Assembly: GCA_963422265.1 (NCBI GenBank)
Contig: OY729416.1
Coordinates: 192,001 to 256,000, forward strand
Length of the DNA: 64,000 nt
From: Thermodesulfobacteriota bacterium
Lineage (GTDB): Bacteria; Desulfobacterota_D; UBA1144; Nemesobacterales; UBA2774
Reading direction: 5' to 3'
Shown here: piece after piece, positions 10,049 to 22,999 of the stretch
Position numbering within the stretch: the stretch's first letter is position 1
Layout of the letters: each line of letters begins with the position of its first letter
Position numbers and translations under genes: made by a program
The notes under the pieces: model-generated
The model's database searches: none
Seen by the model: the letters and a program-made list of their open reading frames with translations, nothing else
Told to the model about the DNA's origin: nothing

Positions 10049-10939
10049 GTGCAAGACGTCGTGTTGATGAAGACGGATTTTCAAGAAGCTGAGCTTCTGA
10101 AAAGGGGCAAGGTGAGAGATATATACGTTGAGAGGGATAAACTCCTTATCGTTGCCACTGACCGCATATCGGCTTTTGACGTTATCTTGCCCGAGGGTAT
10201 TCCGGGAAAGGGCAGGGCGCTTAATAGAATCTCAGAATACTGGTTTGCTCAGACCGAAGATATAATACAGAACCATTTAATTTCCACGGACGTGGATGCT
10301 TATCCTGAGGTTTTTCACAAGTATCGTCCCTTGTTAGAGGGAAGGAGTATGCTAGTTAGAAAGACTGCCCCCCTTGCCGTTGAGTGCGTTGTTAGGGGAT
10401 ACGTTGCGGGTTCAGGGTGGAGGGAGTATCAGGAATCCTGCTCTATATGCAGCATTCCGTTGCCCAAAGGGCTTGTCGAATCGGCTAAGCTAGATACCCC
10501 TATATTTACCCCGTCAACCAAAGCTCGAGATGGTGAGCATGACGAGAACATCAGTTTTGATGAGGTTGTGGAATTAATAGGTCAAGGGCTTGCCTGTAAG
10601 GTTAGGGAAGCCAGTATTGCACTTTATCTTAAGGCAAAGGATATAGCGGGACGAAAAGGTATAATTATAGCTGATACGAAATTTGAGTTTGGCATTGACG
10701 TGGAAACCGGAGGGCTTATTCTCATTGACGAAGCTTTAACGCCCGATTCCTCTAGGTTCTGGCCTGCCGATGAATATAGCCCCGGAGGTTCGCAGCCAAG
10801 TTTTGATAAGCAGTTTGTAAGGGATTATCTGATCACCGTTGGTTGGGATAAAAATCCGCCCGCTCCGTCTCTGCCTAAAGGGGTAGTAGAGAAATCTTCG
10901 GAAAAATACGAGGAGATGCTAAAGCACCTATTGGGATAG
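10049..10939 (+). CDS. purC: Phosphoribosylaminoimidazolesuccinocarboxamide (SAICAR) synthase
   Basis: [46 protein letters not shown]. Confidence 0.97.
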   Translation: MQDVVLMKTDFQEAELLKRGKVRDIYVERDKLLIVATDRISAFDVILPEGIPGKGRALNRISEYWFAQTEDIIQNHLISTDVDAYPEVFHKYRPLLEGRSMLVRKTAPLAVECVVRGYVAGSGWREYQESCSICSIPLPKGLVESAKLDTPIFTPSTKARDGEHDENISFDEVVELIGQGLACKVREASIALYLKAKDIAGRKGIIIADTKFEFGIDVETGGLILIDEALTPDSSRFWPADEYSPGGSQPSFDKQFVRDYLITVGWDKNPPAPSLPKGVVEKSSEKYEEMLKHLLG

Positions 10940-10950
10940 TCCTAAGTTAA

Positions 10951-11775
10951 ATGGATACGATAAGCATATTAGGATGTGGTTGGCTAGGGCTCCCCTTAGC
11001 TAAGCGCCTGATTGATAGTGGTTACAAGGTTAAGGGTTCTACCCGTCGTCGTGCCTTGAGTGAGTTTGACTCTTTAGAGGCAGGTGGTATAGAACCTTAT
11101 TGCCTATCCCTAGATCCGGACGTATCAGGTGAAAAGGTGGAGGATTTTTTAGATAGCGATATTCTAATCATTAACTTTCCACCTGAGAGAAGAGAGGATA
11201 TTATAGATTTTCATGTAGCCCAGATAAATTCATTGGTATCAAAACTAAAACTCTCTCCCATTAGTAAAATTATTTTTGTCAGTTCTACCTCCGTTTATCC
11301 AGACGTGAATAGGGAGGTATATGAGCACGAGCGATTGCCTCCCTCTAAAATCTCTGGGCAAGCGCTATTGGAGGTGGAGAATATACTTCAGACCTGCGCT
11401 CGTTTTAAGACTACCGTGATCCGTTTTGGGGGGCTGATAGGATATGATCGTCAGCCGGGGAGGTTCTTATCAGGCAAAAAGGAAATAACAAACGGGGAGG
11501 CATACGTAAATCTTATTCATAGGGACGATGGTATTTCAATTATTCATGCTATAATTGAGCAAAACGTCTGGGGAGAAATTTTTAACGCCTGCGCGGACGG
11601 GCATCCCAGGAGAAGGGATTATTACATTGCTAAAGCTAAAGAGTTGGGACTGCCCCCTCCTTTGTTTAAGGATGACAAAGACGTAAGTTATAAACTCGTT
11701 AATAGTGATAAATTGAAAAGGATTGCGGGATATAAATTCAAGTATCCTAACCCTGCTTGCATTATGGAGAGATGA
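10951..11775 (+). CDS. Atypical SDR / NAD-dependent epimerase (YeeZ-like)
   Basis: ILGCGWLG Rossmann motif, FVSSTSVY, RFGGLIG, VNLIHRDD. Confidence 0.85.
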   Translation: MDTISILGCGWLGLPLAKRLIDSGYKVKGSTRRRALSEFDSLEAGGIEPYCLSLDPDVSGEKVEDFLDSDILIINFPPERREDIIDFHVAQINSLVSKLKLSPISKIIFVSSTSVYPDVNREVYEHERLPPSKISGQALLEVENILQTCARFKTTVIRFGGLIGYDRQPGRFLSGKKEITNGEAYVNLIHRDDGISIIHAIIEQNVWGEIFNACADGHPRRRDYYIAKAKELGLPPPLFKDDKDVSYKLVNSDKLKRIAGYKFKYPNPACIMER

Positions 11776-11826
11776 GTTTATAACGTAGTTTCATACTATT
11801 GATAAGAGGAGGATAACTTATAGGAT

Positions 11827-12891
11827 ATGCAAGAGACGGTAACGAATGATAAGGTCCCTTCAACCCTTCAACGTGGCTCGGTAAACTCACCAACTGTTCA
11901 GGACAAACCTTCAACAAGCTCAGAATACCACGCAGCTTCAGGTCGCCACGTTATAAAAGAGCTTCAGTTTGGGGATGCAGCTTACGTTAGGGAGCTTTAC
12001 GGGCAGCACAATCAAAACTTAAAGGAGGTAGAATCCCTATTTGGAGTAAATATCCATTCGAGGGGAAATAAGCTCTGTTGTGAAGGGGAGGCAAGAGGGG
12101 TTGAATCGACTTGCGTATTCCTAAAGGGAATATATGCGCTTCTTGAAAAAGGCTATTCGCTTAATCCTGGCGATCTCGAGCTTGCGTCCAGAATCTTTGA
12201 CAATGAAGACCTTGGTCTTGAAGATATTTTCCTTGATACGATATGCGTATCTACTAGAAAGAAGATAATCGCTCCCAAGAGTCTGACCCAAAAGCTATAT
12301 ATAGAATCTATACGTAAACACGACGTTGTTTTCGGTGTTGGCCCTGCTGGCACTGGAAAAACCTATTTAGCTATGGCTATGGCTGTATCAGCGTTTTTGA
12401 ATAAGCAAGCCAATAGAATAATACTGACGAGGCCCGCCGTTGAAGCGGGTGAAAAGTTGGGTTTTCTTCCAGGAGACCTCTCGCAGAAGGTTGATCCTTA
12501 TTTGCGTCCTCTTCTTGACGCTTTATATGACATGATGGATTACGACAGGGTGTCCAGATTGGTGGATAAGGGAGCGATTGAAATTGCCCCCTTGGCTTTT
12601 ATGAGGGGTAGGACGCTAAATGATGCCTTTGTAATACTAGACGAAGCTCAAAACACTACTTCGTTACAAATGAAAATGTTTCTAACGAGGCTCGGATTTG
12701 GCTCCAAAGCTGTAATTACCGGGGATACTACTCAGATTGATCTCACTTCCGAGCAAAAATCAGGTCTCCTTGAGGTTGAGTCAATCGTTAATCATATTCG
12801 CGGCATATCATTTGTATATTTCTCAAAGAATGACGTAGTCAGGCATCCTTTGGTAAGAAAAATAATAGAGGCTTACGAGAATGTATCATAG
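11827..12891 (+). CDS. phoH: PhoH-family ATPase
   Basis: GPAGTGKT, RPAVEAGEKLGFLPG, MRGRTL, DEAQN, VVRHPLV. Extended N-terminus containing repeat-derived sequence. Confidence 0.95.
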   Translation: MQETVTNDKVPSTLQRGSVNSPTVQDKPSTSSEYHAASGRHVIKELQFGDAAYVRELYGQHNQNLKEVESLFGVNIHSRGNKLCCEGEARGVESTCVFLKGIYALLEKGYSLNPGDLELASRIFDNEDLGLEDIFLDTICVSTRKKIIAPKSLTQKLYIESIRKHDVVFGVGPAGTGKTYLAMAMAVSAFLNKQANRIILTRPAVEAGEKLGFLPGDLSQKVDPYLRPLLDALYDMMDYDRVSRLVDKGAIEIAPLAFMRGRTLNDAFVILDEAQNTTSLQMKMFLTRLGFGSKAVITGDTTQIDLTSEQKSGLLEVESIVNHIRGISFVYFSKNDVVRHPLVRKIIEAYENVS

Positions 12892-12992
12892 CTTCGCGTC
12901 ATAATCGTATTTGGATTTAGGGGTTAATGTAAGACTGTTGGCTTGGGTGTTTTGTATAGGAAAGTTCTTGTGGTCGACCTTTCTCATATTGT

Positions 12993-15597
<2,605 letters not shown>

Positions 15598-15598
<1 letters not shown>

Positions 15599-17184
15599 TA
15601 AAATTTGACCTGTGTGACGGATACTATGTCTGGAAGGTTGGATATCTGCTTCATTACGTCATCGGGCACAGGGGAATCTACGTTTGTAAGAACTATGGCG
15701 CGACCTCCTATAGCCTCCCTGCCAAGGTGCATAAGACCGATATTGACTCCGTTGTCTCCAAGCACGGAGCACATGGCACCTATGAAACCGGGCTTATCAT
15801 AGTTCTCACTCACTAGCAGACAGCCTTTAGGCACAACGTCCACGTAAACGCCGTTCACCTTCATGAATCTTGGTTCTTCTTTTCCATATATAGTTCCCGA
15901 AACCTGATTTTCACCTTCTTCCGTTTTCACGTTGACCGATATTAGGCTGGTAAAGCTTTTAGATTTAGAGGATTTTGATTCTACTACCTTTATCCCTCTT
16001 TCCTCTGCAATGACCGGGGCGTTTACATGGCTTACCACGACGTCCATGATCGGAGCGAGAAAGCCCATAAGGGCAGCGACGGTTATAGGGGAGGTGTCAA
16101 GATTCGAGACTTCGCCGTCATATTCTATGTGTATTTCTTCTACGGCTCCTTTCAGCAGTTGTCCCTGCAAGCTCCCGATCTTCTCGGCGAGGTTAAGATA
16201 GGGTTTCATTACCGTAAGTGAGTCAAGGCTGACCGAGGGCATATTTACTGCGTTTTTTACAACGCCGTTCAAAAGAAAGTCCACTATCTGCTCGGCTATC
16301 GCCAAGCCTACTTTCGTCTGAGCCTCTCCTGTTGACGCGCCTAGATGGGGCGTGAAAACCACGTTATCGCTAAGGGCAAAAAGAGGATTATCCGCTTGGG
16401 GAGGCTCGCTTGTGTAAACGTCAAAGGCGGCTCCAGCGACTTTTCCTGACTTAACCGCGTCCGCTGTATCCTTTTCGTTGACAATTCCGCCTCTCGCGCA
16501 GTTGATTAAAATCAGATTTTTTTTAGTTCTTTCAAAGACGTCCTTATTGATAAGGTCTTTAGTTTCAGGCGTAAAGGGCGTATGTATTGTTATTATATCG
16601 GCTCGCGCCAAGAGATCATCAAACGTTACAAGTTCTACGCCCGATTTCTCTGCGGCCTCCTGGGTCAAAAACGGGTCATAAGCAATTACTTTCATCTTGA
16701 GCCCAATCGCTCTCTCGGCGACCAGCTTTCCTATATTGCCCAACCCAATGCAGCCTAGTATTTTACCGTAAATCTCGATCCCTTTGAATTTGCTTCTTTC
16801 CCATTTGCCCGACATAAAAGACGCGTGAGCTTGAGGAATTCTTCTGGCTAAAGACATCATAAGGCTTATTGCGTGCTCAGCCGTCGTGATAGCGTTTGCT
16901 TCAGGGGTATTCATTACGACGATGCCTTTCTTTGTGGCTGCTTCTACGTCAACGTTGTCAACTCCTATACCAGCTCTTCCGATAACCTTAAGGTTCTTAC
17001 CAGCTTCTATTAATTCCGACGTCATAGTAGTAGCACTTCTTATTATTACCGCGTCATAATCACCGATTATTTCCAGTAGCTCTTCCTTAGAAATTCCCTT
17101 CCTGACGTTGACGTCCAGCCCCGCCGCAGACTCAAAAACACTCAGACCTTCCTTAGCCATACCATCAGTTATTAATACTTTCAT
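15598..17184 (-). CDS. serA: D-3-phosphoglycerate dehydrogenase (long form with ASB and ACT domains)
   Basis: GRAGIGVDNVD, GLGNIG, NCARGG, TPHLGAST, C-terminal ACT domain (DKPGFIG). Confidence 0.96.
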
Positions 17185-17506
17185 TTTGCCTCCAGGAAAG
17201 GTTAAGGGATCATATCTAACAGGCTAACAATATATGTGAGTGATAAACCATTGTCAATATGATGTGTGGGGGTACCCTTTCCCTAGGGCGAAGCGCGACC
17301 AAGGAATCTCGCTTTTTCTCCCCATCCCTCGGTTGGTGAGCCTGTAGAACCAGGGAGAGTGCAGGGATAAGGATATTTTCGTCATTCCCGCCCCCGTGCG
17401 ATTTTCTATCCTCTATGATAAAAGCGTTTGGGGACGACAAGCATAGCTGCCTAATCTCTTCCTACTTCCTTGCGAATTGCTTTACTGCCCGAAATTCAAC
17501 CGTATG

Positions 17507-17523
17507 TGCTTAATAACTAAGCA
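17507..17523. promoter_or_regulatory. Candidate enhancer-binding-protein (NtrC-like) site
   Basis: Palindrome TGCTTA-N5-TAAGCA (TGC-N11-GCA, 17 bp) about 115 bp upstream of a sigma54 promoter. Confidence 0.55.
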
Positions 17524-17637
17524 TCTTATCTTGTTCACATTAGAGACACGGCTTCCACGTTAATTCTTAGAATAATGCAACAATTTTAAGGCGTAGGAGG
17601 CATGCTCCGCTTCGTAACTCGGTTGGTAATAAGTATC

Positions 17638-17653
17638 TGGCATATCTCTTGCA
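17638..17653 (+). promoter_or_regulatory. Sigma54 (-24/-12) promoter of amtB
   Basis: TGGCATATCTCTTGCA has exact GG-N10-GC spacing and lies upstream of an ammonium transporter. Confidence 0.8.
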
Positions 17654-17755
17654 AATAACTTAACAAACAAATCTGTGGGGCAGTCAATAAATTGATATTG
17701 AAAAGGTTTTTGAAGTTCTATCTAAAGAAGGTTTTATCCAAAGGAGGACTAAGTA

Positions 17756-19132
17756 ATGAGAAAGTTTTTGCATAGGTTTAGAGGGAAGGCTACAAACGTC
17801 ACGTTGTTCACCGTTATTAGCTTGTTGGTTCTAGGGTCTTTCTCGGCGTTCGCCCAAGAGGAGACAATTGGACCAACGGCGGCGGATGCGATTTTTACTG
17901 CAAATAACGTCTGGATGCTTGTCGCTACGTTCCTCGTTTTTATTATGCACTTAGGATTTGCGACGCTTGAATCGGGGCTTACAAGGGCGAAAAACACGAC
18001 TAATATTTTGTTTAAGAACGTCTCTATTATATCAATAGGGCTTCTTACCTACGCTTTGGTAGGTTTCAATCTGATGTATCCGGGGGACTTCAACGGATTT
18101 CTTGGCTTCGCCGGGTTTGGCATTTCAGCTCCTGAGGGTGCTGCCGGGTTAATTGCCTATGCAGACGGGGGTTATACTTACTGGACTGATTTTATATTTC
18201 AGGCGATGTTCGCCGCCACCGCTGCTACCATTGTTTCAGGAGCCGTAGCTGAAAGGATAAAATTGAGCAGCTTCTTGGTATTTTCCGCAATCTTTGTTGC
18301 TATTGTATATACCATTGCAGGATCGTGGAAGTGGGGTGGTGGTTGGCTAGATCAAATGGGATTTTACGATTTCGCCGGATCCACTTTGGTGCACAGCGTG
18401 GGTGGCTGGGGCGCTTTGGTAGGTGCGATTATATTGGGTCCACGACTCGGTAAATATACAAAGTCGGGCATGAAGCCTATACCAGGCCATAGTCTTCCAC
18501 TGGCGACCGTCGGCGTATTTATGCTCTGGTTCGGATGGTACGGATTCAATGGAGGCTCCGTTCTCTCCGCTGATCCTGAACTTATTTCGTTAGTGTTCGT
18601 TACTACATCTATGGCGGCGGCCGCGGGGGTCATAGGGGCTATGTTCCTGTCCTGGTTCATATTCAAAAAGCCTGACCTGTCAATGATTCTGAACGGCTCG
18701 CTTGCGGGGCTTGTCGGCATTACTGCGGGGGCGGACGTTATGACCCCGTTCAGCGCGGTAATTATCGGTTTGGTCGCTGGATTTATAGTAGTAGCATCCG
18801 TCTTATTTTTTGATAAGACGCTTAAAATTGACGATCCGGTCGGGGCGATTTCAGTTCATCTAATATGTGGCATATGGGGGACGCTCGCCGTAGGTATTTT
18901 CGCAGCCGATTTTAGTTTCTTAACCCAGTTGATAGGCGTGTTAGCTTACGGTGCGTTTACGGTGATATGCTGCCTCGTTCTTTTCCTCTTAGTCAAGGTC
19001 GCAATGGGGCTAAGGGTTTCTGAAGAGGAAGAATTAGCCGGGCTTGATATAGGGGAGCATGGAATGGAGGCTTATCCAGACTTCCAGCGGGTCGCCGAAG
19101 GTGGTGGATCAAGCGGGTTAGTTACAAAATAA
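17756..19132 (+). CDS. amtB: Ammonium transporter
   Basis: RBS AAGGAGG, signal-like N-terminus, FQAMFAATAATIVSGAVAER, DFAGSTLVH, WYGFNGGS, DDPVGAISVH. Confidence 0.96.
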   Translation: MRKFLHRFRGKATNVTLFTVISLLVLGSFSAFAQEETIGPTAADAIFTANNVWMLVATFLVFIMHLGFATLESGLTRAKNTTNILFKNVSIISIGLLTYALVGFNLMYPGDFNGFLGFAGFGISAPEGAAGLIAYADGGYTYWTDFIFQAMFAATAATIVSGAVAERIKLSSFLVFSAIFVAIVYTIAGSWKWGGGWLDQMGFYDFAGSTLVHSVGGWGALVGAIILGPRLGKYTKSGMKPIPGHSLPLATVGVFMLWFGWYGFNGGSVLSADPELISLVFVTTSMAAAAGVIGAMFLSWFIFKKPDLSMILNGSLAGLVGITAGADVMTPFSAVIIGLVAGFIVVASVLFFDKTLKIDDPVGAISVHLICGIWGTLAVGIFAADFSFLTQLIGVLAYGAFTVICCLVLFLLVKVAMGLRVSEEEELAGLDIGEHGMEAYPDFQRVAEGGGSSGLVTK

Positions 19133-19229
19133 ATTAATCTTGGACTCAATTGGGTCGCTCCTTGAGATAAAGGAGCTTGGGGAGCGGCTCAAAATTTCAT
19201 ATAAAACAGTCAAAGGAGGATTAGCCAGA

Positions 19230-20408
19230 ATGAGAAGATTAACAGTTTTAGCAGTAATGACTTTAAGTTTAGTATTAGCGCCGCTTTTAACTCTTTCATC
19301 CGCAAAAGCGGAGCCCTCGGAATTGCTCGACGCCATAGATCTCGGTTTTTACGTGGATACTACGTATCAGTATTCTTCAGCGGATACTGACGAGTTGGGT
19401 TTCAGAACTCTGTATCCAGATAACAAGGAATTTAATATAAATGCGTTTACGCTCTCGTTGTCAAAAACTCCGACGATGGAAGGCGGTGCGATGGATTTAT
19501 TGGGTTTCAGGGCTGACGTGCTTTTCGGAGAGCAAGCTCCGCTGCTTTCTTCTGCTGGGCTTGAGAGTGACGTTGTGGATCCCTATCAGGCGTATCTTCA
19601 ATTCATGGTGCCAACTGGAGATGGTCTCAATATTTACGCAGGTAAGTTTGTAACCCTAGCTGGCTTTGAAGTGATAGAGGCTAAGAACAATCCAAACATT
19701 AGCAGATCAATACTGTTCGGTTATGCGATACCGTTTACGCATACGGGTATCAGGGCGGATTTTACAACGGGACCCCTTACTTTTACCGCAGGTGTTAACA
19801 ACGGTTGGGATCAGGTTAAGGATGACAACGATAACGTTACATTCGAAGGTCAGGTAGCGTTTAGCCATTCCGGTGGTTCTATAAGTGATCTATGGGTTGG
19901 AGTTACTGGGTATCTTGGGAAAGAGCCAGGGATAACTCTCGCTGAAAAGGCAACCAACGGGTCCAGAAAGCTTATAACGGCTGTGGGCTCCCTAACGTTG
20001 ATGGACCGGATAACTTTCATTGTGGATGCTGATTTTGGATGGCAGGAAGAGGGTGTTCTTAAGAGCAATAAACCAGTTGAAGCCTCATGGTGGGGCGTTG
20101 CCGGTTACGCCGTATTAGACGTTACACCCTCACTCACCCTGGCTATGAGGGGTGAATATTTTGAAGACAAAGACGGTTTCAGAACTAATGAAGGTAATGG
20201 CACTCAGGAGCTAAAGGAATTCGCAACCACTTTATCCGTTAAGCCGTTTGCCAGCATAGGTGGAGACGAGGCTCTTGACAACCTTGAGCTAAGAACCGAG
20301 CTTAGGTGGGACAGCTCTAATATAAAATCCTTCGTAGATGAAGATGGTAAGGCTACAAAGGATCAATTTGGCATCATGGGGCAGTTGCTCTATTGGATTG
20401 AGATATAA
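19230..20408 (+). CDS. Outer-membrane beta-barrel porin (BBP2/DUF1597-like)
   Basis: ATG 19230 follows AAAGGAGGA. Signal peptide, GKFVTLAGFEVIEA..NPNISRSILFGYAIPFTHTG, NNGWD, aromatic C-terminal beta strand. Confidence 0.82.
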   Translation: MRRLTVLAVMTLSLVLAPLLTLSSAKAEPSELLDAIDLGFYVDTTYQYSSADTDELGFRTLYPDNKEFNINAFTLSLSKTPTMEGGAMDLLGFRADVLFGEQAPLLSSAGLESDVVDPYQAYLQFMVPTGDGLNIYAGKFVTLAGFEVIEAKNNPNISRSILFGYAIPFTHTGIRADFTTGPLTFTAGVNNGWDQVKDDNDNVTFEGQVAFSHSGGSISDLWVGVTGYLGKEPGITLAEKATNGSRKLITAVGSLTLMDRITFIVDADFGWQEEGVLKSNKPVEASWWGVAGYAVLDVTPSLTLAMRGEYFEDKDGFRTNEGNGTQELKEFATTLSVKPFASIGGDEALDNLELRTELRWDSSNIKSFVDEDGKATKDQFGIMGQLLYWIEI

Positions 20409-20490
20409 AAAACGGTGTTTGTTAAAGATTAGAAGATAGAATTAGCAGCTAGAATTCTCCATCTCTCTATTATCTCCTTTGTGTGAACGG

Positions 20491-20534
20491 AGGGAGATCG
20501 GCAATTAACAACGTGTCGATCTCCCTTTGCTTTT
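20491..20534 (+). terminator. Probable intrinsic terminator of the amtB-porin operon
   Basis: Stem AGGGAGATCGGCA/TGTCGATCTCCCT followed by TTGCTTTT. Confidence 0.7.
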
Positions 20535-20605
20535 ATTAAGTAATCAGATGACAGTGCTAGTTGTGCTTTGCCATTAGGTGATCCCAGGAGTTAGAAAAGG
20601 ATATT

Positions 20606-20759
20606 CCCCTCCTTTTGTAAAGGAGGGTTAGGATGGATTTTCTTGTTTATCTGTGGGGGCGACCCTTGTGGTCGCCCTAAGGTAAATGCAAGGGTAACCC
20701 CTACAATATAATAAGGGGAATGTGCGGCGGTCGTCATTCCTGCGCAAGCAGGAATCTAG
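20606..20759. repeat. Cluster of several REP-like palindromic repeat types
   Basis: CCCTCCTTTTGTAAAGGAGGG hairpin; GGGCGACCCTTGTGGTCGCCC with a partner ending CCCCTAC; GTCATTCCTGCGCAAGCAGGAATCTAG. Confidence 0.7.
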
Positions 20760-20959
20760 TAAGGGGATGGGAGGGAAAGCCTGAACTATTCTCTGCTTAA
20801 TACTACTTGCTTATAAATTTTCAGTTAGGTAAAGTTACCCCTGAATATCATTACCGTGCAAGCATGTCCCGTGGAGCTTGTGCTCAACTTGATTGGGAAG
20901 GGAACTGGATGGTAATCGAGTTCTTAGAGTAGAGATAACCCTTGTGATTGCCCTTTTAT

Positions 20960-21032
<73 letters not shown>

Positions 21033-21138
21033 TTTCTACAGTTAAAAAAACTTGCTACTACTAACCTTAATAATATAAACTAACAAGTATAAGTGAATTG
21101 ATATAGTGGCAAGATTTACATAGTTTGCGGAGGTAAGG

Positions 21139-21555
21139 ATGAAATTTGGAGATTATCTGAAAAGCAAGAGGAAACAGAAGAATATAACCCAGGAGGAACT
21201 GGCTCATTCTCTTGAAGTTTCCAGCGTGTTCATACATCAGCTCGAGACCGGCAAAGTTGACGCTCCGTCTCTTGGGCGGTGTGGGCAAATTTCAATGATA
21301 TTAGGCGTTGATATTAGCGAGCTATGGAGCGTTGCCAGAAGAGAGCGTCTTGAAAGGTTTATGCAAAGAGAGGAAATTCCGCAGGATGTCTTTGAGATTT
21401 TGACGGACGGCGAAAAAGCACTTGTAAATCTTTATAGAAGCCTGGATAGTCCGATGAGGAAGGATTTTGAGGGAATGATCTTTATGTTGCTAAGACACGT
21501 GAATAGTAAAGGGGTTCGGGAGATACTAGAAGAGTTTATGAGAAAATGCGCTTGA
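21139..21555 (+). CDS. XRE-family HTH transcriptional regulator
   Basis: FGDYLKSKRKQKNITQEELAHSLEVSSVFIHQLETGK; RBS GGAGG. Confidence 0.88.
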   Translation: MKFGDYLKSKRKQKNITQEELAHSLEVSSVFIHQLETGKVDAPSLGRCGQISMILGVDISELWSVARRERLERFMQREEIPQDVFEILTDGEKALVNLYRSLDSPMRKDFEGMIFMLLRHVNSKGVREILEEFMRKCA

Positions 21556-22325
21556 CAAACAGGTTGTCGACAATTCTTAAGACAATAGGCATAGAGATTT
21601 GTATTCTTGCTCTTATAGGGCTTGTGTTCCTATTTCAGTTTGATAAGGCTAAGAACGAGTTCGTATCTAAGACAAGGGCGATCTCCGAGACAATAGGGGA
21701 TTTGGCGAGTGATTTTTACTCCGAAGAGGGGCATGTGCCAGCTAGCGGTGGGTTCTACCATTTTCTGGATAAGAGGCTTGGGAGAAAAAAACTGTTTAAC
21801 ACGTTTGAGATAGCGCCTAAATTCTTTAGCGTTGTTTTCAGAGATGACTTTATGGGAAAGTCGGAGTCTAATAACAATTTATTCTTAAGTGAATTTTACC
21901 CTGAGGGTGGTTTTTCTGTGAGAGATACAGATGGGGTAATTTCAGTATCCGTGCCTTTCTCAACGCGAATGGAGACGGAACCATTTGGAATTGTGAAGAT
22001 TGATTCTGATACCAAGTCTATCTTGAAAAGGGTTTTTGCGGACAATTATTTGTTATACTTAGCAATGCTTATTGTGCTTAACAATCAGGCGTTCATTCTT
22101 TATCTCCTGATGAAAAGGAAGAAGGAGGTTGTGTTTGATAAGGGGTATTTAAGAGAGCACTCTATAGGGGCTCTTAAAATCATGCACAAGGTGCTTGGCG
22201 ATATAATTCAGGATCATAAAACTGACGTTGAGTATGTTGAACATAAAGAAAATGCAGGAAAAATTCACGGATCTAGTAAAAACGTGATTTCCATATCTGA
22301 TTTGGCGGAGAATAGGAAGAAATGA
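21546..22325 (+). CDS. Hypothetical two-TM membrane protein with periplasmic sensor-like domain
   Basis: TM near residues 14-31, an ~135-aa soluble region ending VSVPF...FGIVKID, a second TM and a short cytoplasmic tail. Overlaps both neighbours. Confidence 0.7.
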   Translation: MRLTNRLSTILKTIGIEICILALIGLVFLFQFDKAKNEFVSKTRAISETIGDLASDFYSEEGHVPASGGFYHFLDKRLGRKKLFNTFEIAPKFFSVVFRDDFMGKSESNNNLFLSEFYPEGGFSVRDTDGVISVSVPFSTRMETEPFGIVKIDSDTKSILKRVFADNYLLYLAMLIVLNNQAFILYLLMKRKKEVVFDKGYLREHSIGALKIMHKVLGDIIQDHKTDVEYVEHKENAGKIHGSSKNVISISDLAENRKK

Positions 22326-22717
22326 AGAGATACGCAGTCCTGTTAAGCGTAATTGTTTCTTTGCTGTTTATCTGGGGTTGTGATAGCGTTGATGGGGACG
22401 GTGTTGTAAAGTTGGATGGACCCATACTTGAGAAAACCGTATATGGAAAGGGAGTTTCAGAGTTTAGCGGCTATGTTGTAAACACAGGTAATACGGCTGT
22501 AAATTCAGTTTACGTAGTTGTTGTTCTAAAGGATGATAAGGGAAATATCATTAGGGAAGCCTCGACGTCTATTTTTAGAGAAGGTTCAAATACGCCGCTC
22601 AATCCTTCAGAAAGGCAGCCTTTTGCGCTGTTAGTTGAGTCGGAGCCCGGCGAGGTGTTTACGAAAGAAGCAGAAGTGTATTATGAGGATATAGCGAACA
22701 ACTCCCCTGTTCGGTAA
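22322..22717 (+). CDS. Lipoprotein with Ig-like (FxLYD-type) domain
   Basis: Lipobox IWGC; GYVVNTG..V..V.V.VVLKDDKGNII; LNPSERQPF. Confidence 0.7.
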   Translation: MKRYAVLLSVIVSLLFIWGCDSVDGDGVVKLDGPILEKTVYGKGVSEFSGYVVNTGNTAVNSVYVVVVLKDDKGNIIREASTSIFREGSNTPLNPSERQPFALLVESEPGEVFTKEAEVYYEDIANNSPVR

Positions 22718-22807
22718 GCACTCTTTTAAGCTATCTGATTCACGTCTTGCAGAGGGGTTTGGAAAAGTGCAGTATGCGTTTTGTCAATTGCCTCCCCTCT
22801 GACTGAA

Positions 22808-22999
22808 TTATTCCTTTCTACTGCCCGGGGGCACAGTATTTACGACTGCGGATATAGTAAACGCTATTACCGCAATTAGCGCAAGATACTTAAAATACGC
22901 CTGCCAGTTTATTGAAATTCCTAGATAAAGCCCTATTCCAATAAACAAGAATAGTATTAAGCATACAAGCATTGCGCCGGGAATGTTTTTGCTTAGCAC
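22808..22999 (-). CDS. Small hypothetical two-TM protein
   Basis: 63-aa hydrophobic ORF preceded by GGAGGG. Confidence 0.55.
   Translation of the reverse strand: MLSKNIPGAMLVCLILFLFIGIGLYLGISINWQAYFKYLALIAVIAFTISAVVNTVPPGSRKE

Noticed and set aside
11044-11070. Possible repeat-derived insertion (RRRALSEF) in the SDR gene
   Set aside because: Similarity to the repeat family is too weak to support without an alignment.
17216-17440. Riboswitch/ncRNA or 74-aa ORF upstream of serA
   Set aside because: I recognise no riboswitch consensus, and the region is better explained by degenerate REP-like repeats. An Rfam scan would settle it.
19140-19229. TTG-started N-terminal extension of the porin
   Set aside because: A strong RBS and signal peptide point to ATG 19230. 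The upstream part is an intergenic hairpin.
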